The translations under genes and the position numbers were made by a program. A stretch of 64,000 nt of DNA from an uncultured Bacteroidales bacterium (lineage in GTDB: Bacteria > Bacteroidota > Bacteroidia > Bacteroidales > JAAYJT01). The stretch covers positions 4,960-68,959 of the forward strand of contig CAZJZG010000016.1 of the NCBI GenBank assembly GCA_964550455.1, written 5' to 3'. Below are positions 40,696 through 48,549 of the stretch, piece after piece (position 1 is the stretch's first letter; each line of letters starts with the position of its first letter). The notes under the pieces were generated by a model. It had not been told where the DNA came from. It did not search any database and saw nothing but the letters and a program-made list of their open reading frames with translations.

Positions 40696-42372
40696 TTATT
40701 GCAGTAAATCAGTTGCACTATCAGGTTTTCCCAAATCCATACTTCTAATTTCATTAATGTTTACTCCGTTTAGCGAATCGGAATAAATCAGGTTTACTTC
40801 AGCCAAACCTGTTGAAATAAAAACATCTTTGAGCAGTTCAGAAGAATTTTCATCGTGATGTTTGATTATTGCATGTATGACAGGGTAATCATTAACTAAT
40901 TCAGTAGCAGTATGGGGCTTATCAAACCAACTGAAAAAAAGTGCTTCCTGTTCTTTGAACAGATATGTATCAGGATATATCGAATTGAGTTGTTTGCCAA
41001 ATTTTTTACCTCCTGCCGGAGTCATCAGCATGCCAAACATCAATCCGCCCTCTTTCCTTATATTCCAATTGTCAACAACTATCACCAGAGCATCGGCTTT
41101 GGGCAGCCTGTTCACCTCTTCAGCAACAGCTTTGTTATGGCTTCTGATTTGCTTTCTTATTTCAAGATATTCTTCATGCTGTTTTAGGCTTTTGGGATTT
41201 AATAGCATAACCAAAGCAATTATGCCGTATATAATTGCTTCAGCCCATTTTTTCCTGAACTGAAAAATTTCAAACAAAACATTAACCGAAAGATAGAATA
41301 AAAATACTGTTATCAATGAATAAGGGATCAGATAATAAGGTTCATAATGTTTGGAGATAGCAAGAACTCCAACTACCAGAGCTGTTAAAAATCCGGCAAG
41401 TGAATTTATGAACCTCTTATTGGCAATCCTTTTTCTTATAAAGGGCAATAATGAACAAAGAAGAATGAAAATGGCAATTAATGCAGCATACACCAAATGT
41501 TTTTCTGATTGAATTATAGTTTTTAGATGCAAAACAAATTGCTGTGGATCAATAACTGATGCTTTTCCGCTCCCATGTTTTCCGCTATGTAATACTATTG
41601 AATTTATCCAATTAAAAAACACCTTGCCTCTTTTGATCAAAGGAAATGTAAAAACCAGAAAAGAAATAATTGCTGATGCCAGATAGAAAAGCTTTTTCTT
41701 CATCCCCCTGATTATGAACAGGGGAGCAATAATAAAAGGGAAAAAAGTAAATTTCAGTGAAATCCCTGCACCAATGATGATTCCATATATCAGCGGGCGC
41801 TTGTTTTTAGTTTTGCTATGGTCAAACACTCCATGTATATCAAGTAAAGTGGTTCCACACAGAATAACAACAAGTGCAATAAACCATGGCTCAGGCATGT
41901 ATCGTTCTATTACAGAAAAAACATATTCAGCTACAAAAGGAGAAAACTGTATAAAAATCGCAGCAGGTAAGTTCCCGGTTTTACGGTAAATCCATAAACC
42001 TACAAGAAACACCACAATGGTTATTAAAATTATCATGCTGATATTCAGAGCGCTAAGATATTGATCAGGATTTTGAAGTACATCTTCAGAGTAAGAATAT
42101 GAAGGTCTGAATAAATAAACAATTCGTGTAACAATAGCGGCAAAAATTATCAATGGCGTTCCGGGATGATCAATAAAAAGATTAAAACTCCCCTTACCGA
42201 GCAATATCCCACTTAGTAGATAGCTAAATTCTGGATCAATAGCAAATAATGAGTACTCCTGATTTATTACTCTAAGTGCATAACCAATGAAAAAGATAAA
42301 AAAGGGTATTACTAATAATGAGATCAGGGAAAATATAGTTTTTGCAGGTGGTATTACCCGTTTGAAAAACAT
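40696..42372 (-). CDS. polytopic membrane protein, predicted GT-C-fold glycosyltransferase (ArnT/PMT_2-like) with C-terminal soluble domain
   Basis: 558 aa with about 11-12 TM helices. The first loop has an acidic motif and an HP motif typical of ArnT/PMT-type GT-C enzymes (AIDPEFSYLLSG...FIDHPGTPL). A non-membrane tail of about 170 aa follows. It is divergent from the GT2 gene at 42552. Confidence 0.55.
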   Translation of the reverse strand: MFFKRVIPPAKTIFSLISLLVIPFFIFFIGYALRVINQEYSLFAIDPEFSYLLSGILLGKGSFNLFIDHPGTPLIIFAAIVTRIVYLFRPSYSYSEDVLQNPDQYLSALNISMIILITIVVFLVGLWIYRKTGNLPAAIFIQFSPFVAEYVFSVIERYMPEPWFIALVVILCGTTLLDIHGVFDHSKTKNKRPLIYGIIIGAGISLKFTFFPFIIAPLFIIRGMKKKLFYLASAIISFLVFTFPLIKRGKVFFNWINSIVLHSGKHGSGKASVIDPQQFVLHLKTIIQSEKHLVYAALIAIFILLCSLLPFIRKRIANKRFINSLAGFLTALVVGVLAISKHYEPYYLIPYSLITVFLFYLSVNVLFEIFQFRKKWAEAIIYGIIALVMLLNPKSLKQHEEYLEIRKQIRSHNKAVAEEVNRLPKADALVIVVDNWNIRKEGGLMFGMLMTPAGGKKFGKQLNSIYPDTYLFKEQEALFFSWFDKPHTATELVNDYPVIHAIIKHHDENSSELLKDVFISTGLAEVNLIYSDSLNGVNINEIRSMDLGKPDSATDLLQ

Positions 42373-42418
42373 AGGATGAGTATTATTTTCATAGGTTACG
42401 GCTGATAGATTAAAAGTC

Positions 42419-42426
42419 CAAAGATA
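42419..42426 (-). promoter_or_regulatory. candidate -7 box (TATCTTTG) for the 558-aa GT-C-like gene
   Basis: Plus-strand CAAAGATA equals minus-strand TATCTTTG. It lies 46 nt upstream of the ATG at 42372. Confidence 0.35.
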
Positions 42427-42524
42427 TGTATTAATATAATCAGTTTATGGTATTTAAAAATGTTATTGCAGGTATTATTTCGATAGTATTCGTTTTTGTT
42501 TGATCATACTTCAATTAATCATGC

Positions 42525-42532
42525 TATTTTTG
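42525..42532 (+). promoter_or_regulatory. candidate -7 box (TATTTTTG) for the GT2 / 477-aa membrane protein pair
   Basis: Exact TAnnTTTG match 19 nt upstream of the ATG at 42552. A TTTG lies about 22 nt further upstream (gtTTTGtTTGatc). Confidence 0.4.
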
Positions 42533-42551
42533 CCTTAAATAAACTAATTAT

Positions 42552-43268
42552 ATGCCACTTAAAAAGCTCTCTGTCATTATTCCGGTTTATAACGAAGCCG
42601 CTACTGTTCAGGAATTGTTAAAACGCGTAGTAGAAGTTCAATTACCTCAAAATATCACAAAAGAGCTTGTTGTTGTAAACGACAGCTCTACTGACAACAC
42701 TCTGGAAAAAGTAAATGAGTTCGCACAAAATAACCCAAACGCTGAAATCCATATTTTCAGCCAACAGCCAAATCAAGGAAAAGGAGCAGCATTACACAGA
42801 GGAATTAAGGAGGCCACAGGAGATTATCTGGTTATTCAGGATGCAGATCTTGAATATGATCCGGAAGATTATCTGCTGCTATTAAAGCCGGTTCTTGAAA
42901 AAAATGCCGATGTAGTTTATGGTTCACGATTTCTTCGAGGGAGTCCTCATCGGATTGTAAGATATTGGCATTCAATGGGTAACAAATTCCTGACCTGGCT
43001 TTCAAATATGTTTTCAAACCTTAGTTTAACCGATATGGAAACTTGTTACAAGCTTTTCAGATCGGATATAATTAAGCAAATTCAATTAAAAGAAAAACGT
43101 TTTGGATTTGAACCTGAAGTAACCGCAAAACTGGCAAAAATTAAAAATTTAAAAATTTATGAGACCGGTATTAATTATCATGGCAGATCGTACGAAAGCG
43201 GAAAAAAGATTAACTGGAAAGACGGAGTAAGGGCTATTTATTGTATTCTGAAATATAATCTTTTTTAG
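42552..43268 (+). CDS. GT2 glycosyltransferase, polyprenyl-phosphate sugar synthase type (DPM1/ArnC-like catalytic domain, no TM segment)
   Basis: LSVIIPVYNEAATV, VVVNDSSTDNT, NQGKGAALHRG, VIQDADLEYDPED and METCYKLF. 238 aa. Confidence 0.75.
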   Translation: MPLKKLSVIIPVYNEAATVQELLKRVVEVQLPQNITKELVVVNDSSTDNTLEKVNEFAQNNPNAEIHIFSQQPNQGKGAALHRGIKEATGDYLVIQDADLEYDPEDYLLLLKPVLEKNADVVYGSRFLRGSPHRIVRYWHSMGNKFLTWLSNMFSNLSLTDMETCYKLFRSDIIKQIQLKEKRFGFEPEVTAKLAKIKNLKIYETGINYHGRSYESGKKINWKDGVRAIYCILKYNLF

Positions 43269-43272
43269 ATAT

Positions 43273-44706
43273 ATGTCTTTTTCAGGCAAAAACTACTTTT
43301 CAGGAAATATTGTTGGCATAACCATAGGCATCATTCTTGTTGTAATAGCCTTCACTAATTACAAACATTCCTATTATAATAATTCTGAACGCGTAATTGA
43401 ATGGGATGTTAAATCGTATTATGCCTATCTGCCGGTATTTTTTATTTACCATGATCCCATGCTGAAATTCAGGGACGAAGATCCTGAAAAGTTTGGTAAT
43501 CTGATATGGCCAATTTATCTTGAAACAGGAAAGCCAACAATGGTTTACTCAATAGGAATGTCAGTTTTGTACAGTCCATTCTTTTTTGCAGCCCACGCAG
43601 TAGCCTTATTAACTGATTATGAAGCAGACGGATATAGTACGCCGTATCGTTTTGCCTTAACATTCAGCGCTTTTTTTTATTTATGGATAGGTTTGATATT
43701 TCTTACCAGAATATTACGCAAATACTTTAAGGATAAAATTATCAGCATTGTTTTATTCGTTCTGGTTTTTGGAACCAATATGTATTATTACTCCACTTAC
43801 GAGGCTCCTATGACACATATTGGAAATTTTGCGATGATTACTGCTTTTATATGGCTAACAATCAGATTTTATGAAAAACCTTCGCTAAAAGCTATTATTT
43901 TACCGGGCTTATTAGCCGGACTTATTGTACTGGTACGTCCGAGCAATATCATTGTGCTGGTTTTGTTTTTTTTATGGGATATTAAAAGCTTCAACGAATT
44001 CAAAAATCGTATCTTATTTTTTCTGAATCGCTCTCACTGGGTGGCATTAATGGCATTTTTGTTTATATTGGTTTGGGTTCCTCAGTTTGTTTATTGGCAT
44101 TGGGTATCGGGAAAAATATTTTTCAATGCATATACTCTTCGTAATGAAACCTTCTCATTTGACAATCCGCAGATATTCAATATTTTATTCAGTTACCGCA
44201 AAGGATGGCTTATTTATACACCTTTGATGATACTATCAATTGCCGGAATTTTTCTTTTACCCCGCCGAATTCCCGGATTATTGTTTTCGCTGGTGCTATT
44301 TAGTGTTCTGAACATTTATATTCTATCTTCATGGTGGTCGTGGTGGTATGGAGGAAGTTTCGGATTGCGTTCATTCATTGATTCATACGGATTAATGGCT
44401 ATACCGTTAGCATGTCTTACCGAATTTGTACTTCAAAAAAAGAAACTTTTCAAATATGCTTATTTAACCCTTATTATATTGATACTTTCGCTTAATCAGT
44501 TTCAAACATGGCAATATAAGAATGGATTAATACACTTTGATGCCATGAATAAAGCAACATACTGGGAGATCTTTCTCAGAACCCATGGAACTGAACGTTA
44601 TTGGAATATACTTGAAGAATCAAAAGCTGAATATCTTAAAACTGATACTGAAAATGCTGAAAAAACCAGAATGAAACGGGAAGCAAAAAATAACGCAAAA
44701 ATCTGA
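43273..44706 (+). CDS. polytopic membrane protein, unassigned family (GT-C-like candidate), paralogue of 48550-50400
   Basis: 477 aa with about 11 TM helices. The first loop is EWDVKSYYAYLPVFFIYHD. Blocks shared with the 616-aa protein are GYSTPY, LVRPSN, FSYRKGWLIYTP and SSWWSWWYGGSFGLRSFID. It starts 4 nt after the GT2 stop. Confidence 0.5.
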   Translation: MSFSGKNYFSGNIVGITIGIILVVIAFTNYKHSYYNNSERVIEWDVKSYYAYLPVFFIYHDPMLKFRDEDPEKFGNLIWPIYLETGKPTMVYSIGMSVLYSPFFFAAHAVALLTDYEADGYSTPYRFALTFSAFFYLWIGLIFLTRILRKYFKDKIISIVLFVLVFGTNMYYYSTYEAPMTHIGNFAMITAFIWLTIRFYEKPSLKAIILPGLLAGLIVLVRPSNIIVLVLFFLWDIKSFNEFKNRILFFLNRSHWVALMAFLFILVWVPQFVYWHWVSGKIFFNAYTLRNETFSFDNPQIFNILFSYRKGWLIYTPLMILSIAGIFLLPRRIPGLLFSLVLFSVLNIYILSSWWSWWYGGSFGLRSFIDSYGLMAIPLACLTEFVLQKKKLFKYAYLTLIILILSLNQFQTWQYKNGLIHFDAMNKATYWEIFLRTHGTERYWNILEESKAEYLKTDTENAEKTRMKREAKNNAKI

Positions 44707-44746
44707 TTATCAATTTATTATTAAAATATATACAACTAATATTATT

Positions 44747-45907
44747 TTACTCGCTTTTATTCATAAAAAGGTTGACCATTTCTCTGCCAACATTATCCCA
44801 ACCCAGATTATTCAGCACAAAATCCTTACCTGCCAGCCCTATACTTTTTCTTAAAGAAATATCTGATAATACAGTAGAAACCTTTTCTGTAACCTCAGTA
44901 ACGTTTTTACCTGCAAAAATGAAATTCTGCATATCTTTCAGCAATGTTTTTCCAAAAAGGTTTTCAGGAACGTTTGAAATGCACGGAATACCCAGGGTCA
45001 TTGCTTCAATGGTGGCGGTACCCAACCCAACATATTCGCCTGAAAGCATCATCCAGTGTATTACTGATTTTTTTAATTCTTCAATTACTGTTTCGTGCGG
45101 CGCTTCACCAATAAAATCAACTTTATCCCTGATACCCAATTGTTGGGCTAATTTTAGAGGCGACTGGATATAAACATGACCGATTATTTTCAAGCGAAGA
45201 TTTGGAAACCTGTCAAGCAGTTCTTTGAAAACTTTAAGATTAAAAAGGTAATCACGCTGACTGATTATCGCACCAATACCAATGATTTGATCAATTTTTG
45301 AATAATCGTGATTGTAATTTTTAGTTTGTGATTCATTTACATTGCTGCCAAAAGGAATGATAACCGATTTTTCTGATATTTTTTTTCTTTGAACCTCCCT
45401 GATATAGCGGTCAATCTCAATATCCCATGAAATAATATTCTTACTGAAAGGGAAAATAAGCCGCCCGCATATAAGCCTATCCATTAAGCGTAAAACTTTG
45501 TTTTTAAACGGATTCAGCGATTGCATCTGAGTTCCCACTGAAATATAAAGTGGTTTTTTAGTTTTAACTGATGCATAAATTGCAGGAAATGCAATGTCGA
45601 GATAATGATTGACCAACAGTATAACATCTGCATTACATTCATTTGCAAGTTTTATCATTTTCAAATAATTTCCCGGAAAAACCGAACTGAAACGCAGATG
45701 CTTGAAAAAATTCTTAAGGTTAATATGTATAGCATTAAGCCGATGAACAGTAAAAGGGAAATCTTCAGTTAATTTATCTTTGTTTTTAACTGTTGCCACC
45801 ACTACATTATGCCCCTGTTTGTGTAATATTCCGGCAAGATTTTTTGAATAAAATGATGTTCCGGTTCTGATAGGCGGGAACATAGCAGTAACAATTAAGA
45901 TATTCAT
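44747..45907 (-). CDS. GT4 (GT-B fold, group 1) glycosyltransferase
   Basis: N-terminus MNILIVTAMFPPIRTGTSFYSKNLAGILHKQGHNVVV. The C-terminal EX7E-type block is SGEYVGLGTATIEAMTLGIPCIS. Confidence 0.8.
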   Translation of the reverse strand: MNILIVTAMFPPIRTGTSFYSKNLAGILHKQGHNVVVATVKNKDKLTEDFPFTVHRLNAIHINLKNFFKHLRFSSVFPGNYLKMIKLANECNADVILLVNHYLDIAFPAIYASVKTKKPLYISVGTQMQSLNPFKNKVLRLMDRLICGRLIFPFSKNIISWDIEIDRYIREVQRKKISEKSVIIPFGSNVNESQTKNYNHDYSKIDQIIGIGAIISQRDYLFNLKVFKELLDRFPNLRLKIIGHVYIQSPLKLAQQLGIRDKVDFIGEAPHETVIEELKKSVIHWMMLSGEYVGLGTATIEAMTLGIPCISNVPENLFGKTLLKDMQNFIFAGKNVTEVTEKVSTVLSDISLRKSIGLAGKDFVLNNLGWDNVGREMVNLFMNKSE

Positions 45908-45909
45908 TG

Positions 45910-46428
45910 TTATTTTCTGATTTTTATAGTTTTAGCAGGTACTCCGGCTACCACATGATAATCCGGAACATCAGAAGTTACTACTGCACCTGCACCAATC
46001 TGAACACCTTTTCCAATATGAACCCCCGGTAAAATAACAGCGCCGGTTCCAATATCAGCATCATCATCAATAATTACCTTTTTGAAAACCAGCTTACTGT
46101 GAAGTATTGGTATATTAATACCCTCTTCGTCATGCATTGATGTAATAATTTTAACTCCAGGGCCAATTCCTACGTTTTTGCCAATATTTATACCACCGGC
46201 ACTATGAAAAAAGCATTGCTGCCCTATCCATGTTCCATCGCCAATGATAAATTCATTTTTATAATATGCCTTCAAAATTGTTTGATGCCCTATATAAATA
46301 TTATTTCCAAGAGAAATATTTTCAGGATGAAATACCATTACTCCATTTTCGAATATTACATTCTCGCCTATTTTCTTAAATTGGTTTTTTGCAAACGAGC
46401 CATCACCATGTGATTTATAAATTTTCAT
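45910..46428 (-). CDS. left-handed beta-helix (hexapeptide repeat) acyl/acetyltransferase
   Basis: Hexapeptide repeats are visible (IGKNVGIGPGVKI..., IDDDADIGTGAVILPGVHIGKGVQIGAGAVVTSDVP). It overlaps the upstream aminotransferase gene by 14 nt. N- versus O-acyl specificity cannot be decided from sequence. Confidence 0.8.
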   Translation of the reverse strand: MKIYKSHGDGSFAKNQFKKIGENVIFENGVMVFHPENISLGNNIYIGHQTILKAYYKNEFIIGDGTWIGQQCFFHSAGGINIGKNVGIGPGVKIITSMHDEEGINIPILHSKLVFKKVIIDDDADIGTGAVILPGVHIGKGVQIGAGAVVTSDVPDYHVVAGVPAKTIKIRK

Positions 46429-47539
46429 TTCCCAGTATCTTTATAAGTTTTTCTGAAACTCTTTTTAAATCTTCAGCATCAAGCTGATTGTATAATGGCA
46501 AAACCAGACCCTGATTATAGGCTTTCATAGCATTAGGAAACAATTTCTGACAATCAAGCCTGTATTTTTTCTGGAAATATTCCTGAAAAGGCATACACTG
46601 TGCGCCCAGGTTTGTTACAATATTTTCCGCTTTAAGCTTTTTAATTATCTGATCACGATTTGCAGGAACCAGAATATGATAAGACTGCCAGGTATGATTT
46701 TTCTTGTCTGGCAGGAATGGCAACTGAATTGCAGGAACATTTTTCAGTTGTTCAAAATAAATGTCGGCTAACATATTCCTATACCCCAGAATCTGTTCAA
46801 ACCGCTGAAACTGGCTATTTACAAATGCAGCCTGAAAATCAGTCATTCTGTAATTAAAACCAGCTTCCACGAATTCAGTTTTCTCATTACTAAAACTTAT
46901 ACCATGATTTCGCAGAATCCTGAACTTTTCAGCAAGCTTATCATTATTTGTAACCAGCATACCACCTTCGCCGCTTGTTATAGCCTTTCGCGGATGAAAT
47001 GAGAATGAAGCAATCTCTCCAAAAGAGCCTGCATATTTTCCGTTTTCTTTAGCCCCCAACGCACAGGCAGCATCTTCTATCACAATCAGATTATATTTTG
47101 ATGCAATTTCACATATTTCAGTAATGTTGCATGCCATCCCAAATTCATGAACAGGCATTATTGCTCTGGTTTTTCGTGTTATTGCCTCCTCAATTTTACT
47201 TACATCTATGTTTAATGTTTTAATATCTATATCCACAAATACTGGTCTGGCTCCTGTCAGTTCAATCACATTGGCAGTTGCCATGAATGAAAATGCCGGT
47301 ACTATAACCTCATCGCCTGTTCCTATACCTGATGCAAGCAAAGCAATATGTAGTGTTGCTGTTCCACTTGAAGCTGCAACAGCATGTTTCACTCCAAGAT
47401 ATCCGGCAATATTTTTTTCAAGTTCTTCGACTTTTTGTCCCTGAACAAGCATACCTGTTTTTAATACCTCAACCACAGCATCAATATCCTGCTGCTGAAT
47501 ATCGGGGATCATCAAAGGTATAAAACCGGATCTTTTCAT
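46415..47539 (-). CDS. DegT/DnrJ/EryC1/StrS-family sugar aminotransferase (ArnB-like)
   Basis: The PLP-lysine block is SFSFHPRKAITSGEGG (E. coli ArnB, as I recall it, has SFHAIKNITCAEGG). Also present are SGTATLHIAL and DEVIVPAFSF. Confidence 0.85.
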   Translation of the reverse strand: MKRSGFIPLMIPDIQQQDIDAVVEVLKTGMLVQGQKVEELEKNIAGYLGVKHAVAASSGTATLHIALLASGIGTGDEVIVPAFSFMATANVIELTGARPVFVDIDIKTLNIDVSKIEEAITRKTRAIMPVHEFGMACNITEICEIASKYNLIVIEDAACALGAKENGKYAGSFGEIASFSFHPRKAITSGEGGMLVTNNDKLAEKFRILRNHGISFSNEKTEFVEAGFNYRMTDFQAAFVNSQFQRFEQILGYRNMLADIYFEQLKNVPAIQLPFLPDKKNHTWQSYHILVPANRDQIIKKLKAENIVTNLGAQCMPFQEYFQKKYRLDCQKLFPNAMKAYNQGLVLPLYNQLDAEDLKRVSEKLIKILGNENL

Positions 47540-48496
47540 TTAATAATCAATGGATTTAAAATATTCTGCAGTTTTTAATATTCCTTCATCCAGGTCAATT
47601 TTGGCTTTGAATCCAAGGATTTTTTCAGCTTTTTGTACTGATGGAATTCGCAATTCAATATCGGCTGAAAGCTGGGGTCGAAACAGGATTTTTGATTTTG
47701 AATTTAACACTCGGCAAACGGTTTGCGCTAATCCAAGGGTTGTAATTACGGCTCTTGCATTGCCAAGGTTAAAGCTTTCACCTATAGCTTTAGGATCTTC
47801 GATACAATGGATCAAACAATCAACAAAATCATCAACGTAACACCAGGCACGAATTTGTGTACCATCGCCATTGATATATATATCCTGATCTTTAAGGGCT
47901 CTTTTTATAAAAACCTGTATAGCTCCTTCACCGGTTTGTCCTGGTCCGTAAACATTAAAAGGGCGTACCGTAACCGCAGGAAGCTTATATTGCTTATAAT
48001 ATGCATGGGTGAGATGCTCGCCGGCAAGTTTGCTTACAGCATAAACCCAGCGTGCCTCACCGGCAGAACCTGCAACCGTATTGCTTTCTTCAGTTGATTT
48101 ATATGCCATTGAACCAAAAATTTCAGAAGTGGAAAAATCAACAAAACGGTCTTTTACCTGATTGATCATTGCAGCTTCAAGAGCATTGGCAGTGCCAATC
48201 ATATTTACAGTCATGGTTTTTACCGGATTTATTATCACTGTGTCAATCCCTGCAATGCCTGCAGCATGTACCACTATATCAGCACCTTTCATTGATGCTA
48301 TTAAAAGCTCTTTGTCGAGCACATCACCCCTGATTATTTTCAGATTGGGATGGCTGGCATAATTACTTCCTGACAAAGTATCGCGGTGAAAATTATCATA
48401 AGCAGTGATCTTGTTATTCTCAATCATATGCATAATGATTGAATTGGCTATAAACCCTGCCCCGCCGGTAATAAAAACATTTTTGTTTTTTATCAT
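47540..48496 (-). CDS. extended SDR, ArnA-C-terminal/UDP-glucuronate decarboxylase-like NAD-dependent enzyme
   Basis: Rossmann motif [12 protein letters not shown]. The catalytic blocks are FSTSEIFG and [15 protein letters not shown]. The E. coli ArnA decarboxylase domain, recalled from memory, has PSTSEVYG and [21 protein letters not shown] compares with RPFNWMGP. Confidence 0.65.
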   Translation of the reverse strand: MIKNKNVFITGGAGFIANSIIMHMIENNKITAYDNFHRDTLSGSNYASHPNLKIIRGDVLDKELLIASMKGADIVVHAAGIAGIDTVIINPVKTMTVNMIGTANALEAAMINQVKDRFVDFSTSEIFGSMAYKSTEESNTVAGSAGEARWVYAVSKLAGEHLTHAYYKQYKLPAVTVRPFNVYGPGQTGEGAIQVFIKRALKDQDIYINGDGTQIRAWCYVDDFVDCLIHCIEDPKAIGESFNLGNARAVITTLGLAQTVCRVLNSKSKILFRPQLSADIELRIPSVQKAEKILGFKAKIDLDEGILKTAEYFKSIDY

Positions 48497-48549
48497 ATAT
48501 TTTAACTATTCTGAAATATCATTAAATAACTAACCTGAATAATTACGTT

